A DNA stretch of 64,000 nt, taken from the NCBI GenBank assembly GCA_963715865.1, contig OY970280.1, forward strand, positions 1,504,001 to 1,568,000, written 5' to 3'. The notes beneath the pieces were generated by a model. The model worked only from the letters and a program-made list of their open reading frames with translations, was not told the DNA's origin and ran no database searches. A program made the position numbers and the translations under genes. Positions 47,072 to 57,020 of this stretch are shown piece after piece. Every line of letters begins with the position of its first letter. Position 1 is the first letter of the stretch. The stretch comes from Candidatus Bathyarchaeota archaeon (GTDB lineage: Archaea; Thermoproteota; Bathyarchaeia; Bathyarchaeales; Bathycorpusculaceae).

Positions 47072-47695
47072 TTAGGCTGGCATCATGAAACTTGAGCCGC
47101 CATAATAAGCCACGTTCCTTGCTGCATGTGAGCCTTGGCAAAGCTTGCCGATGTTCGCCATAAGCTGGTAAGAAGCCTTCAATGCCATGTTAAGGTTGTT
47201 GTTTGTTAAGAATTTGGCTTCTATGTTAAGCGCTGTTCCTTGAATGTTTGCGGCTATTTGGATCCCGCCGTCTTCCGTGATCCACTTCAAAGTGACGCCT
47301 TGATTGTTTTCTGATATGCCCAGCCAACGGAGCAAACCGAACCATTTGCCTTTAAGCGCCAAGATAAGTTGTTGCGTCATGAGGTCTGATGGAAGAAAAG
47401 TTTGAATAAGAGGCGTTGTTGGTTCTTCATTGCGTGCCTGGTTATGTTTTAGTTTAGTTATTTTTGGGGTAACGCGGTAGCCTTCGGGTTCTTTTTTCAC
47501 AATGCCCTCTTGTTCCAGTCGGCTTAGGATGCGTGAGAGCGTTTCGGAATGCAGTCCTGTTCTCCGTTTTAACCCATCGAATGTGAATATAGTCAAGTCT
47601 TCATTTTCTATTAGCGCCAACACGTCAGCATCGCGTTCGCTGAGGTAATAGTTGGCTGGAAGGCTTGGCCAATTAACATTCAGAACAGGTATCAT
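47072..47695 (-). CDS. Hypothetical protein with N-terminal winged helix
   Basis: FTFDGLKRRTGLHSETLSRILSRLEQEGIVKK wHTH-like pattern. Confidence 0.7.
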   Translation of the reverse strand: MIPVLNVNWPSLPANYYLSERDADVLALIENEDLTIFTFDGLKRRTGLHSETLSRILSRLEQEGIVKKEPEGYRVTPKITKLKHNQARNEEPTTPLIQTFLPSDLMTQQLILALKGKWFGLLRWLGISENNQGVTLKWITEDGGIQIAANIQGTALNIEAKFLTNNNLNMALKASYQLMANIGKLCQGSHAARNVAYYGGSSFMMPA

Positions 47696-47925
47696 TATTC
47701 TAATGTTTGGTTAAAGTGTTGCTTTTGAATGTTATCCCATTTTGGTAAGAAAAGCAACGATGATTATGGTGAAAACTTGAGTTAACTTAATTGAAAATTG
47801 CATTTGATAGAAAAGCTAAAGAAGCTCGATATGCTCATAAGAATATGAGCTTACACAGTTATTTCAGGAAACTGTGAAGTTTGATTGTTATAAACTGCTC
47901 CTTTATTGAGGAGGGTGAATAATTA

Positions 47926-49497
47926 ATGACAGATACTGGTATTCTCATTCAAAAAAAAGGAAAACCAAGCGCTGATTCCGTTTCTAACCCTGAGAAAGGA
48001 GAGCATCCTCTGTCAAATAATCAAAGTAGATATGGCGGTTTATTTTTACACATGAATGATGGCTTTGCCTATTGCGAAGTAATATTGGACCAGTATGGAA
48101 AACCTGTTGACTACATCTTCGCTGATGCAAACGAAGCCTATAGGCGACTCACTAAGTTAAACGGCAAACCTGTTATTGGAAGAAAAGTCACCGAGGTGAT
48201 TCCAAGCTTAAAAAATGACCCTTTTGACTGGATAGGAACCGGCGGGAGAGTTGCCCTGACAGGTAAAAATCTAACATTCGAGCGGTATTGCAAAACTTTA
48301 GACAAATGGTTTGCAGTTAACGCTTACTGCCCCGAGAAAGGCTATTTCGCCATGATAATCAAAGACATAACTCAACGCAAGAAAACTGAACAAGCCTTAA
48401 GGCAAAGTGAAAAGCAATACAAGCAACTTGCCAATAGTATAACTGATCTTTTCTTTGCTTTAGATTCATGCTTAAAGTTTACTTATTGGAATAAAGCAAG
48501 CGAAAAATTCATCGGAATAAGCGCTGAAAAAGTTGTAAGAAAACATTTTTATGAAGTATTTGGAAAGGACAAGACAACAAGGAAAGCAGCCAGGATATAT
48601 TTTGAAGTGATGAAGACACATAAATCTCGAACTTTCATCGATACGCTTCCTAAAGTTAATAACAACACTATTTTTGAAATTCAGGTTTACCCAACAGGAA
48701 ATGGAATCTCAGTATTCGCCAAGGACATTACAGAACGCAGAAGACTTCAAGGCACATTGGAACAGTACACCAAGCGTCTTGAAGAACTAGTTAAAATCCG
48801 CACTGAAAAACTAAAAGGCGTTGAACGCTTAGCCGCCATCGGAGAAACCGCAGGAATGATAGGCCACGACATTCGTAACCCGCTACAATCCATTATCGGC
48901 GAATTATACTTAGCAGAAGAGGAATTAAAGGCGTTACCTGAAAGTGAAGAAAAGAAAAAAATCGCTGAAAGCATCCTCAGCATCGAAGAACAAACATTTT
49001 ACATCAACAAAATTGTTACTGACTTGCAGGATTATGCTAAACCTCTATCCCCTGCCGTCCAAGAAACAAACCTTGAAGAAATAATTCAAAGTACAATATC
49101 AACATTAGATGTTCCAGATAAAATAAAAGTTTCTTACTTGGTAGAGAAGCCTTTTCCAATCTTTAAAACTGACCCTTCATTTATACAGCGGATACTGACA
49201 AACCTGATTCTTAACGGCATCCAAGCCATGCAGGAAAAAGGCGGAGGAGAATTAAGAATAAATGCTTTTCCAAGAGCAAAAACGGTCATAATCGCAATCT
49301 CAGATACTGGGGTAGGAATACTTGATGCAGTTAAGGAGAAAATTTTCAAGCCATTATTCACAACTAAATCTAAAGGTCAAGGATTCGGATTAGCTGTAGT
49401 GAAGAAACTGGTGGAAGCGTTGTACGGGCATATCAGTTTTGAAACAGAAGTTGGGAAAGGAACAACCTTCATCATTGAAATGCCATTAAGAGATTAA
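47926..49497 (+). CDS. Cytoplasmic PAS-PAS sensor histidine kinase
   Basis: Two PAS/PAC units, GHDIRNPL (H box), NLILNGIQA (N), DTGVG, FTTKSKGQGFGL, GKGTTF. Confidence 0.92.
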   Translation: MTDTGILIQKKGKPSADSVSNPEKGEHPLSNNQSRYGGLFLHMNDGFAYCEVILDQYGKPVDYIFADANEAYRRLTKLNGKPVIGRKVTEVIPSLKNDPFDWIGTGGRVALTGKNLTFERYCKTLDKWFAVNAYCPEKGYFAMIIKDITQRKKTEQALRQSEKQYKQLANSITDLFFALDSCLKFTYWNKASEKFIGISAEKVVRKHFYEVFGKDKTTRKAARIYFEVMKTHKSRTFIDTLPKVNNNTIFEIQVYPTGNGISVFAKDITERRRLQGTLEQYTKRLEELVKIRTEKLKGVERLAAIGETAGMIGHDIRNPLQSIIGELYLAEEELKALPESEEKKKIAESILSIEEQTFYINKIVTDLQDYAKPLSPAVQETNLEEIIQSTISTLDVPDKIKVSYLVEKPFPIFKTDPSFIQRILTNLILNGIQAMQEKGGGELRINAFPRAKTVIIAISDTGVGILDAVKEKIFKPLFTTKSKGQGFGLAVVKKLVEALYGHISFETEVGKGTTFIIEMPLRD

Positions 49498-49503
49498 GGC
49501 TTG

Positions 49504-50148
49504 TTATCTTAGGGTTATTTTTTCACCTGTTACTATGTACACGATGGATTCGCAAACGTAAGTGGCGTGGTCAGCTATACGCTCCAAATACCGGGTCATT
49601 AGTGCGCTGGAAATTACGCATTTACTCTTAGCCTGCTCTGCACCAATTAGCCTGTGAAGATAATCAAAGTACATTTTGTCGACTTCAAGTTCGGTTTCGG
49701 AGATGGTTTTGGCGAGGGTTATGTCGAGTTTCCTAAGGGAATCAACGCTTATCTTAACCATCATGAGTACTTTTTCGCTCATTTCTTCAATGTAGTCTTT
49801 TGCCCACGCTTCGCATTCTTTTAAACCGTTTAGCTGGTCGTTAATGTATGATATGTCAAGGGCGTATCTTCCGTATCTTGCAAAGTCATAGCCTATTTTC
49901 ATGTAGGATTTTATTGTTCTAAGGTCAGAAGCAACTGGCTGGAACCGGGCGATCAACTCAAAGGTTTTATCTTCAACCTTATCCGCCATTGAAACGAGCA
50001 TATCTGACATTTCACGCACTTGCGGGTGAACACTTTTTCCATTGAGGTAGCCGCGTATTGATAGGGCAAGCGTTTCAAATGTTAATTCGCCCATCTTAAC
50101 CAGTAGGACTGCTTGTTCTTCTAAGCCCATGTCAATTATTCTGCTCAT
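49504..50148 (-). CDS. phoU: Phosphate transport regulator PhoU
   Basis: QPVASDLRTI, RYGRYALDI, RYLERIADHA. Confidence 0.9.
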   Translation of the reverse strand: MSRIIDMGLEEQAVLLVKMGELTFETLALSIRGYLNGKSVHPQVREMSDMLVSMADKVEDKTFELIARFQPVASDLRTIKSYMKIGYDFARYGRYALDISYINDQLNGLKECEAWAKDYIEEMSEKVLMMVKISVDSLRKLDITLAKTISETELEVDKMYFDYLHRLIGAEQAKSKCVISSALMTRYLERIADHATYVCESIVYIVTGEKITLR

Positions 50149-50162
50149 AGCTTTTTTCTCCT

Positions 50163-50975
50163 TTATCCGAATTCTCCTGTTATATATTTCTCTGTTAACG
50201 GGTTCTTGGGATACTCAAAAATGTCTTTAGTTGCCCCAAACTCAACAAGCGCACCTAAGTAGAAAAAAGCTGTGTAATCTGATACTCTGGACGCTTGCTG
50301 CATGTTATGTGTTACAATAACAACGGTGTAATCACGCTTAAGCTCAACAACCAACTTCTCAATTTTAGCGGTGGCAATAGGGTCCAACGCTGAACACGGC
50401 TCATCCATCAAAATAACCTCAGGCTGCAAAGCAATAGCCCGTGCAATACACAACCGCTGTTGTTGCCCTCCTGAAATGCTTGTGCCCGGCTTCTTCAAAT
50501 CGTCTTTCACCTCAGCCCAAAGGGTCGCCTGCTCAAGGCTACGCTTGACTACCTCATCCAGGTTCTTTCCTTTCTTGGTTCCAGTTAACCTTAATCCTGC
50601 CGCTACGTTATCGTAAATAGACATTGTGGGGAATGGGTTTGGCTTTTGAAAAACCATGCCTACTCTTCGGCGAATCTGTACCGGGTCAACCTGTTTTTCG
50701 TAAATGTTTTTGCTGTCTAATAGCACTTGGCCTGACGTTTTGGCGCCTGAAACAAGTTCGTGCATTCTGTTTAGGCATCGTATGAACGTTGATTTACCGC
50801 ATCCTGAGGGCCCAATTATGGCTGTTATTGCGTTGGTTTTGACGTTTAAGTTTATGTCTTTTAAAACTTGTTTTGCTCCAAACCAAGCGTTTAAGCCTAT
50901 GCTCTGCATTTTCATGTCTAAATCGATAGGTTGTTGGTTTACCGCTTTATCTTGAGTGCTGTTCATACTTGTCAT
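50163..50975 (-). CDS. pstB: Phosphate ABC transporter ATPase
   Basis: [46 protein letters not shown]. Confidence 0.96.
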   Translation of the reverse strand: MTSMNSTQDKAVNQQPIDLDMKMQSIGLNAWFGAKQVLKDINLNVKTNAITAIIGPSGCGKSTFIRCLNRMHELVSGAKTSGQVLLDSKNIYEKQVDPVQIRRRVGMVFQKPNPFPTMSIYDNVAAGLRLTGTKKGKNLDEVVKRSLEQATLWAEVKDDLKKPGTSISGGQQQRLCIARAIALQPEVILMDEPCSALDPIATAKIEKLVVELKRDYTVVIVTHNMQQASRVSDYTAFFYLGALVEFGATKDIFEYPKNPLTEKYITGEFG

Positions 50976-51802
50976 TTTTTAAGTCGACCTCTGCTTGCTA
51001 TTCTAACTGCGATATTCAGGCTTAATACTATAAGAATCAGAATTAAGGCTGCTCCCCAACCCTGAGCCTGCAAGCTAGCATAAGGCTGCAATGAGTCCCG
51101 CCAGATTTCAAGCGGTAAAGCAGCCATAGGCTGTGTTAAACCTTGGAAGAAGTACCTGTTACCTAAAATCGTCATAATTAATGGTGCGGTTTCGCCTGCG
51201 ATTCTGGCGACTGCAAGCAGTGTACCAGTTACCAAGCCGCTTTTAGCTGCTGGTAATACGACGCTAAGGGTAGTTCGCCACTTGTGAACCCCCAGAGCAA
51301 GTGAGGCTTCTCGTACATTATTCGGCACCAGCTTTAGGGATTCCTCTGTTGTTCGGGCAACTATGGGGATTAAGATGAAGGAAAGCGCGACTGCACCTGC
51401 AATCGCCGAGTACTCCCCAATAAGCGCGATAACTATTACGCCGTAAACTGTTATTCCAACAACTATTGACGGAAACTCGGTTAATATATCGTTGACTGTG
51501 CGCATGGTGGCTGCATACTTGTTGTTTCCAAATTCGGCAAGGTAAACACCCGATAGTATTCCTATGGGGATTCCAATGAGGCTTGTTAACCCAATCAGAA
51601 TCAACGTGCCCTGTATTGCTGGTCCAATGCCGCCGCCAGAGGTACTTTGAGTCAAGAAATTGAGGCTAATTTGCGGTGCCCCTCTCACAATTACCTCGTA
51701 TAGTATGCTTAGTAAAGGAGTGATCGCTATAACAACGCATGCAGCGCAGAGAATAAAGAAAAGTCGGTTCTTGAATTTCCTGAAGCCGTAATTGGAGATT
51801 AT
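50972..51802 (-). CDS. pstA: Phosphate ABC transporter permease; probable ATA start overlapping the pstC stop
   Basis: [32 protein letters not shown]. The frame, including a TM helix, extends 38 codons beyond the track start with no ATG/GTG/TTG/CTG; ATA at 51802 follows GGAGG. Confidence 0.9.
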   Translation of the reverse strand: MISNYGFRKFKNRLFFILCAACVVIAITPLLSILYEVIVRGAPQISLNFLTQSTSGGGIGPAIQGTLILIGLTSLIGIPIGILSGVYLAEFGNNKYAATMRTVNDILTEFPSIVVGITVYGVIVIALIGEYSAIAGAVALSFILIPIVARTTEESLKLVPNNVREASLALGVHKWRTTLSVVLPAAKSGLVTGTLLAVARIAGETAPLIMTILGNRYFFQGLTQPMAALPLEIWRDSLQPYASLQAQGWGAALILILIVLSLNIAVRIASRGRLKK

Positions 51803-52773
51803 TCGATTGCGCCTCCCTTAACCTTTAACAAGCGACTCACCATTACGTGCGCAACCACGTTAATCAGCAGACTGAGCAGGAGCAGGATTAATCCAACACC
51901 GATATAAGCTGCAACCTCTAACGAACCTGTAGCTTCGAGAAAACCGTTAGCGATAAGTGAAGCCATTGTTTGGCTGGGTTTAAAAAGTGATGTTGGTATG
52001 GCTGCTGGACCAGTAGCGTTTCCGATAAGCATTGAGACCGCCATTGTCTCTCCCACAGCCCGCCCCAAGCCGAGGATTACTGCTCCAAAAATGCCTGAGC
52101 GACCATAGCTTAAGATCCAGTATCGGATAACTTCCCATTTTGTTGCTCCAATGCTGTAAGCGCCCTCACGGATGGAGTTAGGAACCGCGCTTATGACTTC
52201 TTTTGAGATAGAAGCTACCGTGGGAATTATCATGATTGCTAAGATTGTTCCTGCGGTGAAAATATCTAAGCCGAAGGGTGTTCCGCTGAAAATCGGTATC
52301 CAGCCTAAATAGGTGGATATTGGTGTTTCAATGTAGTGAAGCATCCAGTAGCGGAAGATGAATAGTCCCCAGAGCCCGTAGATTACGCTTGGAACTGCTG
52401 CGAGTAACTCAACAAGGTAACCGACTGGCACTCTGAGCGCTCGGGGAGCCATTTCTACAAGAAAAATCGCTATACCCAAACTTAACGGAACACCTATGAG
52501 GAGTGCGATGCCTGAGGTAACAAGCGTTCCCATCACGTATGGGAGCGCACCAAAGAGTTCTCTACCTTCAACCGGATTCCAAGCTGTGCCAAAGAAAAAG
52601 TTTGAACCGAACCTTTGCAAGACGGGCACTGAACCAGTTGTTAAGGTGTATCCGGTAATGAGTAAGATGATCATTGCCGAAGCCGCAACAATAGCAGCAA
52701 TGGTTTTGAATAAGTTATCGCCTGTTAGTTTTATTTTACTGGAAAAAAACTTTTGGGGGTGGGGCTGGGTCAG
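51799..52773 (-). CDS. pstC: Phosphate ABC transporter permease; CTG start
   Basis: WNPVEG..FGALP, LAAVPSVIYGLWG, LGRAVGETMAV; in-frame CTG at 52773 after GGTGG. Confidence 0.93.
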   Translation of the reverse strand: MTQPHPQKFFSSKIKLTGDNLFKTIAAIVAASAMIILLITGYTLTTGSVPVLQRFGSNFFFGTAWNPVEGRELFGALPYVMGTLVTSGIALLIGVPLSLGIAIFLVEMAPRALRVPVGYLVELLAAVPSVIYGLWGLFIFRYWMLHYIETPISTYLGWIPIFSGTPFGLDIFTAGTILAIMIIPTVASISKEVISAVPNSIREGAYSIGATKWEVIRYWILSYGRSGIFGAVILGLGRAVGETMAVSMLIGNATGPAAIPTSLFKPSQTMASLIANGFLEATGSLEVAAYIGVGLILLLLSLLINVVAHVMVSRLLKVKGGAIE

Positions 52774-52785
52774 AGCTAATCCACC

Positions 52786-53910
52786 TTAAGTTGTTGGTAG
52801 TTGTTGTCCGTTGAATGTTAATGAGCGAATAGTTGCTTCGTCTATTTGCACAACGTTTGATGGCAACTTTGCGTAAGCAAGCCTTGGCGCCAAGTCTTGA
52901 CCATCATGCACTACGTACCAGAGGAACTGGACAAGTGCTGTTGCCCGCTCCTGAGTCATTCCAGGAATTACGTTAAGCTCCTTATATGTTAGCAAGTAGG
53001 TGAAGCTTGCAATTGGGTACGCGTTTGCATCTGGAGCATTAAGAAGGCTAACGCTTGTCCAACTTTCGTTGCCTGCTGGCAAGCCACTTGCAGCGCCAGA
53101 TTGGACAGCTAGTTGTGTTGATTCTAAAGTTGGTTGTATCCAGTTTCCAGCAGGGTTCTGAACTGCCGCAACAGTCATACCGTTCTGCAGTGCATAAGCT
53201 AGTTCAACGTATCCTATGGCGTACTGTGTTCCATTTACCGTTGAAGCAACACCTGTGTTGCCGTTTGAACCAATGGCTCCACCGGGCGCATTAGGCCAAG
53301 CAACTGTTTTGCCCTGTCCAACTGAACTATTCCATGAACTGCTGGATGCGCTTAAGTAGCCAGTGAAGATGAAGGTTGTTCCTGAACCGTCCGAACGGTG
53401 AACTGTTACTATAGCTTTTGACGGAAGAGTCACATTAGTGTTTAAGCTTTGAATTGCTGGGTCGTTCCACATTGTTACTGTTCCCTGGAAAATGTCGGCG
53501 ATGACTTTACCTGTTAAATGAAGACCCGAGGGAACGCCAAGCAAGTTATAGGCTAATGTCACGGCGCCAATAGTTTCTGGGATATGAAGGGCACTTGGAG
53601 CCTTAGCCGCATCAGAAGCGCTTAATGGAGCATCTGAGGCAGCAAAATCAACTGTTTTGGTTTGCAAGTCAGAGATTCCGCCGCCGCTACCGATTGATTG
53701 ATAGTTTATTTGTACGCTAGGTTTCACATTTGTTGAGTATTTTGTGATGATGCTGTTTAAAAGTGGATAGGGGAATGTCGCTCCCGCACCATTCAAAGTG
53801 ATCGATGGGGCAGATGCGCTTGGTTGCGAAAGGTAAACGTACGCTGCTACTGAACCTATTATTATGGCGATTGCAACTATTGCAATTACGACTGCATATT
53901 TAGTATTCAT
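52786..53910 (-). CDS. pstS: Phosphate ABC transporter substrate-binding protein (copy 1)
   Basis: GAGATFPYP, YQSIGSGGG, DFAASDA, HRSDGSGTT, IGYVELAYA; N-terminal TM anchor. Confidence 0.95.
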   Translation of the reverse strand: MNTKYAVVIAIVAIAIIIGSVAAYVYLSQPSASAPSITLNGAGATFPYPLLNSIITKYSTNVKPSVQINYQSIGSGGGISDLQTKTVDFAASDAPLSASDAAKAPSALHIPETIGAVTLAYNLLGVPSGLHLTGKVIADIFQGTVTMWNDPAIQSLNTNVTLPSKAIVTVHRSDGSGTTFIFTGYLSASSSSWNSSVGQGKTVAWPNAPGGAIGSNGNTGVASTVNGTQYAIGYVELAYALQNGMTVAAVQNPAGNWIQPTLESTQLAVQSGAASGLPAGNESWTSVSLLNAPDANAYPIASFTYLLTYKELNVIPGMTQERATALVQFLWYVVHDGQDLAPRLAYAKLPSNVVQIDEATIRSLTFNGQQLPTT

Positions 53911-53953
53911 ATTTTTGGTCCTCGTTTTTGTTTAACTAAGAAGTTCATGTTTT

Positions 53954-53992
53954 TTATATAGTGAATCTCCATAAAATTTATAGTCTATATAG
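53954..53992. promoter_or_regulatory. Candidate phosphate-regulon operator (TATAG/ATAG repeats) between divergent pstS and the AbrB-PhoU gene
   Basis: ATAG at 53958, 53980 and 53989; CTATATAG palindrome at 53985-53992; similar clusters at 56521-56542 and 56899-56938. Confidence 0.38.
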
Positions 53993-54006
53993 ATATACCT
54001 AATATA

Positions 54007-55092
54007 ATGACGCCTCATAGAAAAAGTAACTTGGAGTCAAATGTGACTAAAGAAGCAGAAAAAATAAATGAAGAGCAACGCAAACTTCAGGTGACAGGCG
54101 GATCAACATTCATACTCTCGTTGCCTAAGGATTGGGCTATTCGAAATGAGCTTAAGAAAGGAAACTCAATGGTGGTCCGTGAGGAAGACGATGGCTCACT
54201 ATCAATAGCGCCTTCAAAGTTTGTAAAAAAAGAGAAGCAAGATGAAGCCTTCATCAAAGCATCCTTAAACGATAATCCTGATGCCGTCATGAGGACAGCA
54301 ATTTCCGCCTATTTAGATGGGTACAACATTCTGCATATTAGAGCGCAAGGACAAAAAGTGCTCTCCTCAAAACTTCGAAACCACCTCAAAACTTTTGCCA
54401 GACACTACTTGGTTGGAACAGAAATCGTAATTGACACCCCAACAGATTTAACACTACAAGTTTTACTTAATTATCCTGAGCTTACTGTTCAGAATGCGCT
54501 AAGTCGAATGTCGATAATAGCTTCGTCTATGCATAAAGAAGCTATAGTTGCACTACAGAAACTGGATTATCCCAGTGCTAAAGCGGTTATTGAAACCGAC
54601 CGGGAAGTAAACCGATTTGGCCTGTACATAGTGAGGCTTCTGAAGCTGGCGGTTTCAAACCCAAGAATCGTCAAAGAAATCGGATTAAACAGCCAAAAAG
54701 ACTGCTTAGGTTACAGACTTATAGGGAAAGCGGTTGAGAGAACCGCAGATCACGCAACCAAAATCGCCGAAAACACGCTACTCTTAAAAGAACCAGTCAA
54801 TGAAGAGCTTTTAGAAAAGATAGGTCAGTTAAGCGGTTTGGCTAATTCAATGTTTGAGAGTGCTATGGACGCGTTGTTTAGGCATGACTTTAACTTGGCT
54901 GAAAGTGTTATTGAAAAGCTGAGTCAGGTACATAAGCTGGAGAAAGAAGCTGTTCTTTTTTCGCAAAACGCTAAGATCGAAGAAATCGTTAACTTAAGAT
55001 TGCTTATCGAAAGTGTCAGGAGAACAGCAGAATACGCCAGCGACATTTCCGAAGTTGTGCTTAACTTAAACGTTGATTCAGTTCTAAGCTAG
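54007..55092 (+). CDS. AbrB-domain PhoU-family phosphate uptake regulator
   Basis: RKLQVTGGSTFILSLPKDW (AbrB/SpoVT fold), followed by two PhoU repeats (ERTADHA, RRTAEYASDI). Confidence 0.9.
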   Translation: MTPHRKSNLESNVTKEAEKINEEQRKLQVTGGSTFILSLPKDWAIRNELKKGNSMVVREEDDGSLSIAPSKFVKKEKQDEAFIKASLNDNPDAVMRTAISAYLDGYNILHIRAQGQKVLSSKLRNHLKTFARHYLVGTEIVIDTPTDLTLQVLLNYPELTVQNALSRMSIIASSMHKEAIVALQKLDYPSAKAVIETDREVNRFGLYIVRLLKLAVSNPRIVKEIGLNSQKDCLGYRLIGKAVERTADHATKIAENTLLLKEPVNEELLEKIGQLSGLANSMFESAMDALFRHDFNLAESVIEKLSQVHKLEKEAVLFSQNAKIEEIVNLRLLIESVRRTAEYASDISEVVLNLNVDSVLS

Positions 55093-55192
55093 TTTTTTTT
55101 AATCTATTTCCTATCTTTTTACTTGACGATTGGTTAAGAATGATGTATTTTTTTAATTTAAATTAAAAATAAAAAGTTGGGGTTGGGTTATT

Positions 55193-56446
55193 TTAGATTG
55201 TGGGTAATGTTTGCCCATTGAAGGTTATCGACTTAATGGTTGTTTCGTCTATTTGGACAACGTTTGGTGGCAGTTGAGCATAGGCTAATCCAGGTGACAA
55301 GTTTTGACCGTCATGCACTACGTACCAGAGGAATTGCACGAGTGCTGTTGCTTTGTCTTGAGTCATGTCGGGTAACACGTTCAGTTCTTTGTACACCAGC
55401 AAGTAGGTGAAACTTACAATTGGATACGCGTTTGGTTCTGGCGCATTAAGTATGTTTACGCTTGTCCAGCTAGCGTTGCCTGCCGGTAGACCTGCTGAAG
55501 CTATTGATTGAGCCGCTACTGTTGTTGATGCGAGTGATGGTAAGATCCAGTTTCCAGTTGGATTCTGAACTGCTGCAACAGTCATGCTATTTTGCAATGC
55601 ATAAGCTAATTCAACATAGCCGATAGCATATGGTTGTCCTTGAACCACCGAAGCAACACCTGTGTTGCCGTTAGAACCGATTCCTACTGGCCATGAGACT
55701 GATTTGCCTTGTCCAATTGAACTGTTCCATGCTGTGCTTGATGCGCTAAGGTAGCCGGTGAAGATAAAGGTGGTTCCTGAGCTGTCTGAGCGGTGGACTA
55801 CTAGTATGGATTTTGCTGGAAGTGTAACATTAGTGTTTAGGCTTTGGATTTCCTGGTCGTTCCACATTGTTACTGTTCCCTGGAAAATGTCTGCAATAAC
55901 TTTGCCAGTTAAGTGAATGCCTGTTTGTACGCCGGGTAAGTTGTAGGCTATTGTTACTGCGCCGATGGTTTCTGGAATGTGCAATGCGTTAGGTACGTTA
56001 GCCTGGTCGGTGGCGCTTAATGGTGCATCTGAGGCTCCGAAATCTACCGTTTTTGCTTGCATTGCTGAGATTCCGCCGCCGCTGCCTATTGATTGGTAGT
56101 TTACTTGTACGTTAGGTTTCACAGATGTTGAGTACTGGGTTATCATTGCGTTAAGCAGTGGATAGGGGAACGTTGCTCCTGCACCGGTCAATGATACTGG
56201 TGATGAAGTTGGCGTTGGACTGGGTGTCGCTGTTGGGGTTGGAGTTGGGGATGCTGTCGAAGTAGGAGTACTGGTTGGTGAGGATGTTGGTGTTGCAGTT
56301 GGATTAGGGTTTGTTGATGCGGTGGGAGTTGGAGTTGGTGTGGGCTGTTGTACTGAACTTGAATTTACTATGTACATGTAGCTGAACACTGCTGCGATAA
56401 CTATTACGATTGTCGCTATGCTTAGGATTGTATATGTTTTATTCGT
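55193..56446 (-). CDS. pstS: Phosphate ABC transporter substrate-binding protein (copy 2); probable ACG start
   Basis: Same PstS motifs as copy 1. ACG-AAT-AAA-ACA-TAT at 56446 aligns with ATG-AAT-ACT-AAA-TAT of copy 1 after a shared AAAACGAGG site. The track ORF begins at 56512. Confidence 0.9.
   Translation of the reverse strand, partial: TNKTYTILSIATIVIVIAAVFSYMYIVNSSSVQQPTPTPTPTASTNPNPTATPTSSPTSTPTSTASPTPTPTATPSPTPTSSPVSLTGAGATFPYPLLNAMITQYSTSVKPNVQVNYQSIGSGGGISAMQAKTVDFGASDAPLSATDQANVPNALHIPETIGAVTIAYNLPGVQTGIHLTGKVIADIFQGTVTMWNDQEIQSLNTNVTLPAKSILVVHRSDSSGTTFIFTGYLSASSTAWNSSIGQGKSVSWPVGIGSNGNTGVASVVQGQPYAIGYVELAYALQNSMTVAAVQNPTGNWILPSLASTTVAAQSIASAGLPAGNASWTSVNILNAPEPNAYPIVSFTYLLVYKELNVLPDMTQDKATALVQFLWYVVHDGQNLSPGLAYAQLPPNVVQIDETTIKSITFNGQTLPTI
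56205..56350 (-). repeat. Thr/Pro/Ser linker repeat in PstS copy 2
   Basis: PTPTPTPTASTNPNPTATPTSSPTSTPTSTASPTPTPTATPSPTPT; boundaries approximate. Confidence 0.85.
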
Positions 56447-56676
56447 TTTTTTTCCCTCGTTTTGGGGTTTATAGATAAACAGGGTAATATATTCGCCCGA
56501 CATAGAATACAAACTGACTCATAGAGAATATAGAATATATAGAAAAATGCGCGTATATGAATCATAATAAGCATAAACAGCGAGCTATTGTTAAATTTAA
56601 AAATAGCTATGTTAAATTATTTTCCCGCTTCTCTCTGGCCTATTGAGGGGGCCGAAGCAAGTTAAGGCTGTCTAAA

Positions 56677-56850
56677 TCAATGAAAAGCTTCTAAGAAACA
56701 GATTACATCGGGGCTTTGATTTATACTGTAATTGTCAATAAGGTGAGCTGTTCCGTCTGGGCAGTAGACTTTGTCATCTTTCATGGCTTTCCGATAGCGT
56801 CTGCTGCATTCCTTAAGCATGGAGCAGCCATCGCAATCTCTTGAGAGCAT
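56677..56850 (-). CDS. 57-aa Cys-rich putative metal-binding protein
   Basis: ATG 7 nt after GAGGTGA; MLSRDCDGCSMLKECSRR...YCPDGTAHL. Confidence 0.6.
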   Translation of the reverse strand: MLSRDCDGCSMLKECSRRYRKAMKDDKVYCPDGTAHLIDNYSINQSPDVICFLEAFH

Positions 56851-57020
56851 TCTTTTTTCACCTCTCCACATATTCAAGGTAGAAAGTAATAAGAGGCTCC
56901 TATAGAGATTCTCATCATAATCTATATAGAAATCATAGAAATGGCAAGATTAACTCTTCAAATTTATGAGAAACGTTTAAGAAATAAGGAATCACCATTC
57001 AAGGGCAAGAGACACGGTTC

